From IMG/VR virus record IMGVR_UViG_2881085443_000001: a DNA stretch of 20,000 nt; one strand, given 5' to 3'. This document shows, one piece after another, positions 14,665 to 20,000 of the stretch; the first letter of the stretch is position 1; the number at the start of each line of letters is the position of its first letter. The notes beneath the pieces were generated by a model that saw only the letters and a list, made by a program, of their open reading frames with translations, did no database searches and was not told where the DNA came from. Source of the DNA: an uncultured virus (IMG/VR IMGVR_UViG_2881085443_000001). Taxonomy: Duplodnaviria; Heunggongvirae; Uroviricota; Caudoviricetes; Crassvirales. The translations under genes and the position numbers were made by a program.

Positions 14665-15039
14665 ATGACAAAGGAAAACAAGAAGAAAAATGAATTTGCA
14701 GATTACCTTTTCAACCAATTTGTAAAAGCAGAACGTAGGGACAAACAAGATTGGTCGCTGAATTATTGGAACGTTTTAACCCAATATGCAGAGATTGGGT
14801 TGTCTGATGAAGAACAGTCTGAAGAAAGATTATACGTATTTAAACTTGATATTATAATTAGGGAAGCTATGTCAGGCTGGAACACACACCTATTGATCCT
14901 GCGTGGAAAAGAAGCCGAACAGGATTATAGGGAAAGAATGAAAAAATATGAAGAACGCTTACGTGCCATTGGACATGACGAAGCAACAATTAAGCAAATG
15001 TTAGACTATAAAATCAAATTAAATTATGGAACCGACTAA
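14665..15039 (+). CDS. Hypothetical helical protein (124 aa) preceding PRTRC E
   Basis: Start revised to ATG 14665 because GTG 14638 lies inside the hairpin; overlaps the next gene. Confidence 0.75.
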   Translation: MTKENKKKNEFADYLFNQFVKAERRDKQDWSLNYWNVLTQYAEIGLSDEEQSEERLYVFKLDIIIREAMSGWNTHLLILRGKEAEQDYRERMKKYEERLRAIGHDEATIKQMLDYKIKLNYGTD

Positions 15040-15565
15040 TTTTTTCAATCAGATAGCGCAAATGGGCATTACGGGAGATTTACAGCTCACTATATCAAAG
15101 GGTATAGAAAACACCCTTATTGTTTCCATAATGCTTCAAAATGAGCAATGTGGTGATAATGCGAAACAACTGATACCACCGCTTAATCTGCGGGGAACAG
15201 CAGAAGAATTGGACGAGGGATTTTTTCAGCAGATAACAACGCCTTTGCATACCGCTTCGGGTTTAGTGGTAAATATGGAAGCCTTTATGAAGCAATTGGA
15301 AGTAGCCAAAAAGCAATCGGCAATGGAGAAAGAAAAATCCGAAAAAGAGAAGAAAGAACAGGAAGCCAAAGACAAGAAGTTTAAAGACGGCATGGCAAAG
15401 GCAGACGAATTGGAGAAAGAGGATAAATTCCGTGAAGCATGGATGAAAGTACCCGAAATTACAGACTTCCCCGAAAAGGCAGACGAGATACGCAAACGCA
15501 AATCGGAACTATCAAACCAATTTTCTTCAACAGGTCTTTTTGCGACTGAACAAACTACCGTTTAA
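15026..15565 (+). CDS. PRTRC system protein E
   Basis: NFFNQI...LIVSIM.....CGD.AK.LIPPLNLRGTAEELDEGFF motif; position in the cassette. Confidence 0.85.
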   Translation: MEPTNFFNQIAQMGITGDLQLTISKGIENTLIVSIMLQNEQCGDNAKQLIPPLNLRGTAEELDEGFFQQITTPLHTASGLVVNMEAFMKQLEVAKKQSAMEKEKSEKEKKEQEAKDKKFKDGMAKADELEKEDKFREAWMKVPEITDFPEKADEIRKRKSELSNQFSSTGLFATEQTTV

Positions 15566-15581
15566 CACAAAATCAAGAGTT

Positions 15582-15800
15582 ATGTTATTAGCAACACAGT
15601 TAGAACGAGTATTTATACTTAAAGATAAAGGGCAGGACATCAGACTGACCGACCCCGAACCACGTTGGAGTGTGGAAGCGGTATTGAATTTTTACGCCAA
15701 TACGTATCCCATACTAACCACCGCAAAAATATCTGCCCCCATCATCCGTGATGATAGGATAGAATACAAATTAGAGAGCGTAATGGGAACAAAAGGTTAA
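15582..15800 (+). CDS. PRTRC system protein C (prokaryotic ubiquitin-like, 72 aa)
   Basis: LERVF...LTDPEP..SVEAVLNFYANTYP.LTTA...GTKG with C-terminal Gly; start revised to ATG 15582. Confidence 0.9.
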   Translation: MLLATQLERVFILKDKGQDIRLTDPEPRWSVEAVLNFYANTYPILTTAKISAPIIRDDRIEYKLESVMGTKG

Positions 15801-15817
15801 ACCAAAAATAAAAAACA

Positions 15818-16993
15818 ATGAACTATGCAACGCAATATCCTATCGGGAACTATCAGCATACCCGAACAGAAAACACAACGGCAACTGCACAGACAATTGG
15901 GCGAGTTCTCACAATGGATGCAAAGAGCCAAAGACACAAACGAAGTACGGAAAGACAAACAGAAATCCGTACCGATAGCAATGCTTCCAATGGTTTTCTA
16001 AAGTGTGGGTTTCTGCCTAAACTGAAAACAACACAATCCACACAGGATTGTAAGAAAACAGCAAAAACGCAAAGGGATTTTTACAAGTCCCTTTCCCAAC
16101 TTGCAGAGCATTACGGCATTGAACCGTTACAAACGCAGGAATACGGCTACCCCTACAATATGGCTTTGGCTATGTGGGATGCTGAAACCAAGTTAAAACA
16201 AAACAATGTCAATTGGGATAATTTACGTTTGGTACAGGATAGTAAGAAAACATTTTTTACGAGCGAAGAACGATACAGCACAGGTACAACCCTATACTAT
16301 ATTCCAATCGTGCCACTCTTTCAAATGCTCTATGACCCAAAGCGTAAAAAGACGGCTCAATTGCTTGTTTCGATTTGCAGTTATCTATATCATATTGTCG
16401 ATATACCGTATTATAGACAGGAAAACAGCTATCTGTATTGGATGTATGAAATGATGAACGATTGGGTAGAACAGGATGATTATACCGAAGAAACGGACAG
16501 CTGTATTGCTGAGATTGCAAAAGCTGAATGGATAGGCGAACGGGTTGAACAGAAACTATTCAATCGCATCAATTTACAGTTATTTGAACAGCGTTTTAAC
16601 CGCTTTAAAAGCCGTGATACATTCGACCAGGAATGCCAAAAAGTCGCTTGCGATGCCTTTGCCCTTTATTCACAATATCCACACGAGAGCATTTTCCGAA
16701 ACGCACCAAGACCCGAAGAAGACCCCTATACTGATGAAAACGATTGCGAAACTGTTGGAATGGAAAAGTATATCTCCTTTATAGCAGATACCACAGGTTG
16801 GTTGTATGAGAGCCTTGCGGATAGTATCAACAATGAGTTTAACGAGTATGGAGCAATGGAAGAACCAACAATTTGTAAATACTTTGACGGTAGCAACATA
16901 ACGCAAACCAATCTTGATTTTGAGAACCGCCTGTTTGCCCTTTTGGACGAACTCTGCACACTACTGTATGATTATAAAACGACAAGAAAATGA
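15818..16993 (+). CDS. PRTRC-associated protein in the protein-F position (391 aa)
   Basis: Sits between C and B with an ATGA overlap to B; family inferred from position, no decisive motif. Confidence 0.6.
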   Translation: MNYATQYPIGNYQHTRTENTTATAQTIGRVLTMDAKSQRHKRSTERQTEIRTDSNASNGFLKCGFLPKLKTTQSTQDCKKTAKTQRDFYKSLSQLAEHYGIEPLQTQEYGYPYNMALAMWDAETKLKQNNVNWDNLRLVQDSKKTFFTSEERYSTGTTLYYIPIVPLFQMLYDPKRKKTAQLLVSICSYLYHIVDIPYYRQENSYLYWMYEMMNDWVEQDDYTEETDSCIAEIAKAEWIGERVEQKLFNRINLQLFEQRFNRFKSRDTFDQECQKVACDAFALYSQYPHESIFRNAPRPEEDPYTDENDCETVGMEKYISFIADTTGWLYESLADSINNEFNEYGAMEEPTICKYFDGSNITQTNLDFENRLFALLDELCTLLYDYKTTRK

Positions 16994-17712
16994 ACAATAT
17001 AAACGACATAACCGAGAATTTTGGAACACTTTACCACCCAAAATCTGCATTGGTTTTTTACCAAACCAAAGGGACGAATACCGATATGTATGTGGAGCAT
17101 TTTGATTTGGACAAAAACGGAACTCCTGTCAATGCCCATCCATTGACCGTAAATGAAGCTAAAGTATTGGCAAAGGCTTTACACACCGACAAAGAAAAGG
17201 ACAAAGCCTTTTTAAAGCCAAAAGGGATTTTGCAGACCAATATACTGCATATCAATCCAAGCGAAAAAGGCGCGGTACTTTGGTACACCAAAGCACAGGA
17301 ACAGCAATTATATTTTGTGAACGGCTTGGGCATACCCAACGGCAAAGCTTATGTACCATCAATGCTTTGGTATGCCAGTAAAAACAGCCTTGCGGTATTT
17401 GCTCTTGCAACTGACAGAAGACCATCGGAAAATACACCATTGTATTATGCTCCTTTCTTCAACATTTATGAAGACGGCAAAGTCTGTATGGGAACTGTAA
17501 GTATAGACATTAAAAATTCCGCTTCTGTGGAGGAATTTACAACTGCTTGGGAAGACTACTTTTTTAACAGCTATTTCAGCCATTTCTTAGGAAAACAAAA
17601 TCCCATAAAAGGGAATTGCGTAATCCTTTGGAAAAAACTGATTGAAACCAGCGAAGTCTTTCCTAAAGAGACCTTGAAAAAGAACAACAAAACACTTAAA
17701 AATCTTTTGTGA
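16990..17712 (+). CDS. PRTRC system protein B (prokaryotic E2-like)
   Basis: TPLYYAPFFNIYEDGKVCMG (catalytic Cys context) and WEDYFFNSYFSH. Confidence 0.9.
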   Translation: MNNINDITENFGTLYHPKSALVFYQTKGTNTDMYVEHFDLDKNGTPVNAHPLTVNEAKVLAKALHTDKEKDKAFLKPKGILQTNILHINPSEKGAVLWYTKAQEQQLYFVNGLGIPNGKAYVPSMLWYASKNSLAVFALATDRRPSENTPLYYAPFFNIYEDGKVCMGTVSIDIKNSASVEEFTTAWEDYFFNSYFSHFLGKQNPIKGNCVILWKKLIETSEVFPKETLKKNNKTLKNLL

Positions 17713-18518
17713 TGAATAACGAGAAACTAAAAGTACATTTTACCGATAACTATCTGATAAGCCCGACCAATCCCATTGCGGTAAACTTAATCGGTGCAGG
17801 TGGTACAGGTTCAAAGATTTTGACCGCTTTAATGGAAATGAACCACAGCTTAATCGAATTGGGACACGCAGGCTTACGTGTCCGCCTATGGGATGATGAT
17901 ATTGTGACCAATGCCAATTTAGGAAGACAGCGTTTTGCAGAAAGTGAAACAGGGTTATACAAATCCGTTGCACTCATCAACCGTGCAAACCGCTTTTCAG
18001 GTACAAATTGGAAAGCCGAAACCGAAAAGTTTGAGAAGGACAGTTTGGGCAGAATACCCGAAGAAGCACAGGCAACTATTTACATTACCTGCGTGGACAA
18101 TGTACAGGCGAGGTTTGGAGTTGCTGAAATACTGAAAGAAATAGGTTACCGCCGACACCACAGGGACGAACCGAAGTATTGGTTGGATTTTGGCAACAGC
18201 CAATATACAGGGCAAGTGTTGCTATCTACCATAGGAAACATTCATCAACCCAATTCGGAGAAATACGAAACGGTGGCAAATCTGCCAATGATTACGGAAG
18301 AATTTGGAGAATTATTGAAGCAGTCCGAACAACACGATGACACACCGAGTTGCAGTTTAGCGGAAGCTTTGGAGAAACAGGATTTGTTTATCAATTCCTC
18401 TTTAACACAAATGGGCTGTTCGCTTTTATGGAGCTTGTTTCGATATGGTATGACACCGTACAGAGGCTTTTTCCACAATCTGAAAGACTTTCGTACCCAC
18501 CCCATAAAAGTAGCCTGA
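17712..18518 (+). CDS. PRTRC system ThiF/E1-family protein
   Basis: IGAGGTGS, WDDDIVTNANLGRQ, TCVDN, WLDFGN, PSCSLAEAL.KQ.LFIN. Confidence 0.93.
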   Translation: MNNEKLKVHFTDNYLISPTNPIAVNLIGAGGTGSKILTALMEMNHSLIELGHAGLRVRLWDDDIVTNANLGRQRFAESETGLYKSVALINRANRFSGTNWKAETEKFEKDSLGRIPEEAQATIYITCVDNVQARFGVAEILKEIGYRRHHRDEPKYWLDFGNSQYTGQVLLSTIGNIHQPNSEKYETVANLPMITEEFGELLKQSEQHDDTPSCSLAEALEKQDLFINSSLTQMGCSLLWSLFRYGMTPYRGFFHNLKDFRTHPIKVA

Positions 18519-18530
18519 AAGTCAAAATCG

Positions 18531-18579
18531 GGCAGCAAAAAGACACTCCCTCCTATGGTCGGGATAGTCTTTTTGCGCC
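18531..18579. terminator. Hairpin closing the PRTRC operon
   Basis: GCAAAAAGAC..TCCC / GGGA..GTCTTTTTGC; could act as a terminator or an ssDNA signal. Confidence 0.5.
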
Positions 18580-18787
18580 TAATCGGTGCAACCACTTTGC
18601 TAAAATATATGTCAATCCATAAATTTCTCTCTCATATTTTACCAAACAGGTTGCAATCTAATTTCTAAGGGATATTCATTATCCCTTTCGTTGTTTTAGG
18701 GGACTTCTTTTCTTTCCACAGCAGCGGTCAAAGCAAAGAAGCAAAAGAAGACCGCAATATTAAAATTGGATTTTCTACCATTGCTAA

Positions 18788-19342
18788 TTACTCTATTGGC
18801 TGTGTTTTCCAAACAGAAAAGCCTTCAAAAAGATGTTCAATGTTTTCAAATTCTATAAATGCAATTAGTTCTTTTTTGCACTGTCCTTTAAATCGCCTGA
18901 AACACCCAAAACTTTTCAGAGGTATTTCAGCTAATTGCCCTATGGTATCAATATCCAAAACCTCGAACATGCTATACATTCTTTTACTGAAAGGGAAATG
19001 GCTTGCAATTAGTAACTTATGCTGGTCAATTTCAATTTCAGTTTTACTTTTCCTTTTTTTGATTTGCTGGGTCTCGCATTTAAAGTCGTATTTTAACTGT
19101 TGTAATTTTTGCTTATAGTCATCAATTTCAGCAAGTAACTCCGTTACGCTTTTTACTTTTTTATATGTTCTTTCGAAAATTTGGCGGACGTTTTCACCAG
19201 TGACCCCATAAATGGACGCCACTTCCTGTAGTGTCATTTTTTCTATCAGGAGCTTTTGCAATACATCATATTCCTTTTCAGAGAGTACTTTTCGGGACAT
19301 TTCGATATAAAATCTATTGGTACGTGCTATTACATCTTTCAT
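18788..19342 (-). CDS. Sigma-70 region-4-like HTH + coiled coil + RNAP alpha-CTD-like protein
   Basis: LSEKEYDVL......MTLQEVASIYGVTGENVRQI (sigma4) and FSKRMYSMFEVLDIDTIGQL...FRRFKGQCKKEL (alpha-CTD-like HhH). Confidence 0.7.
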   Translation of the reverse strand: MKDVIARTNRFYIEMSRKVLSEKEYDVLQKLLIEKMTLQEVASIYGVTGENVRQIFERTYKKVKSVTELLAEIDDYKQKLQQLKYDFKCETQQIKKRKSKTEIEIDQHKLLIASHFPFSKRMYSMFEVLDIDTIGQLAEIPLKSFGCFRRFKGQCKKELIAFIEFENIEHLFEGFSVWKTQPIE

Positions 19343-19480
19343 AGGAATGCATTTAAATTACTTTATCACTGAAATAATATCCTCTTTAGTGAAGTCTTTT
19401 TTCTATATTTTATTTAAAGATAGCAAGGTTTATGGAGTTATCCAATGTTTATATTATAGATACGTCTGGAAAACATTAAA

Positions 19481-19511
19481 TGAAACAACCCGAAGATCGA
19501 CTTCGGGTTGT
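19481..19511 (-). terminator. Terminator-like hairpin downstream of traQ
   Basis: Perfect 11-bp stem ACAACCCGAAG-ATCGA-CTTCGGGTTGT; the - strand ends ...GTTTCA. Confidence 0.65.
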
Positions 19512-19559
19512 GATTAAATGCAAATTTTTATACTATAAACTTAAACGAATACTTGGCAG

Positions 19560-20000
19560 TTAATCGCTGCTGTTAAACTCAAAGCTCAACTGCCTTTCGT
19601 TCCCGAAATTATCCGAAATCCATACATCAAAGGATTGGGAGACGGTGGAGTTCGAAGTATAATACAATCTGAATTGCTTAGCCCGTAACGGATACAAATC
19701 GTTGGGCAGATAAGGTGGCGCATCGTTATACTGCAAAGTTCCTTGTCCGTCAAATTGGAAGTAACGAATAAAGTATTGTGTGTTACTATAATTACCGGTT
19801 GGCTGTATTGTCAGCCTAATCTCTACGGTATTGCCATTAGCAATTTCTTTGGGTACGGGCATCACCTTTAACTCAAAAGGGAAATTATTTTGTATTTCCA
19901 GTTCGTCTTTGCTACAGGATGTAACGGAGCTCATCAGGATTGTCAGCAATACATACATTGGCAGTAATCCTATTCTGAATCTATTAAAAAATGTTATCAT
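19560..20000 (-). CDS. traQ: Conjugative transposon lipoprotein TraQ (DUF3872)
   Basis: Lipobox VTSC; FPF....MPVPK.I..G.TVEIR....GNY..T.YFIRYFQFDGQG.L...PNDLYPL...FRLYYTS...DNFG. Confidence 0.88.
   Translation of the reverse strand: MITFFNRFRIGLLPMYVLLTILMSSVTSCSKDELEIQNNFPFELKVMPVPKEIANGNTVEIRLTIQPTGNYSNTQYFIRYFQFDGQGTLQYNDAPPYLPNDLYPLRAKQFRLYYTSNSTVSQSFDVWISDNFGNERQLSFEFNSSD

Larger units (their letters stand above)
10788..20000. mobile_element. Bacteroidota integrative conjugative element (one end)
   Basis: Large serine recombinase at the border, ssb-DUF932-PRTRC cassette, traQ at the window edge, higher GC than the prophage. Confidence 0.88.

Noticed and set aside
17712..18518. ThiF/MoeB for thiamine or molybdopterin biosynthesis
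   Set aside because: No thi/moa genes nearby, no CxxC Zn motifs; the PRTRC-type PSCSLAEAL motif and E2/Ubl neighbours indicate the PRTRC cassette.
844..19517. Numerous antisense or overlapping ORFs in the track (e.g. 844, 1234, 1504, 2982, 6244, 7966, 8872, 9582, 9873, 10309, 11527, 11989, 13192, 13970, 15226, 16206-16959, 17058-18622, 18840, 19317)
   Set aside because: Shadow frames of well-supported genes, with no motifs and often non-ATG starts.

Overview
Low-GC Bacteroidota DNA, probably Flavobacteriaceae (TAnnTTTG promoters, gene content), containing the junction of two tandem mobile elements. (1) Bases 1 to ~10802 are the right arm of a temperate prophage. It has a leftward operon (GroES-like, ParB-N, RuvC-like, Zn-finger, small ORFs), a ~1.26 kb divergent control region with two operator families and a strand-skew switch (possible packaging end), and a rightward 'early' operon (ArdA-like DNA mimic, DUF1281/YubB-like protein, many tiny membrane peptides, XRE HTH) punctuated by three tRNA-like T-loop elements. 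It ends with a leftward tyrosine integrase - hypothetical - repressor unit. (2) Bases ~10788 to 20000 are one end of a Bacteroidota ICE. It carries a large serine recombinase whose ORF runs through a tRNA-3'-like att core into phage DNA, a ~190-nt fold-back that looks like a single-strand promoter, ssb, DUF932, a PRTRC ubiquitin-like cassette (E, C/Ubl, F-like, B/E2, ThiF/E1; no JAB), a sigma4-alphaCTD-like fusion protein and traQ. All family assignments come from reading motifs by eye; no database searches were run.
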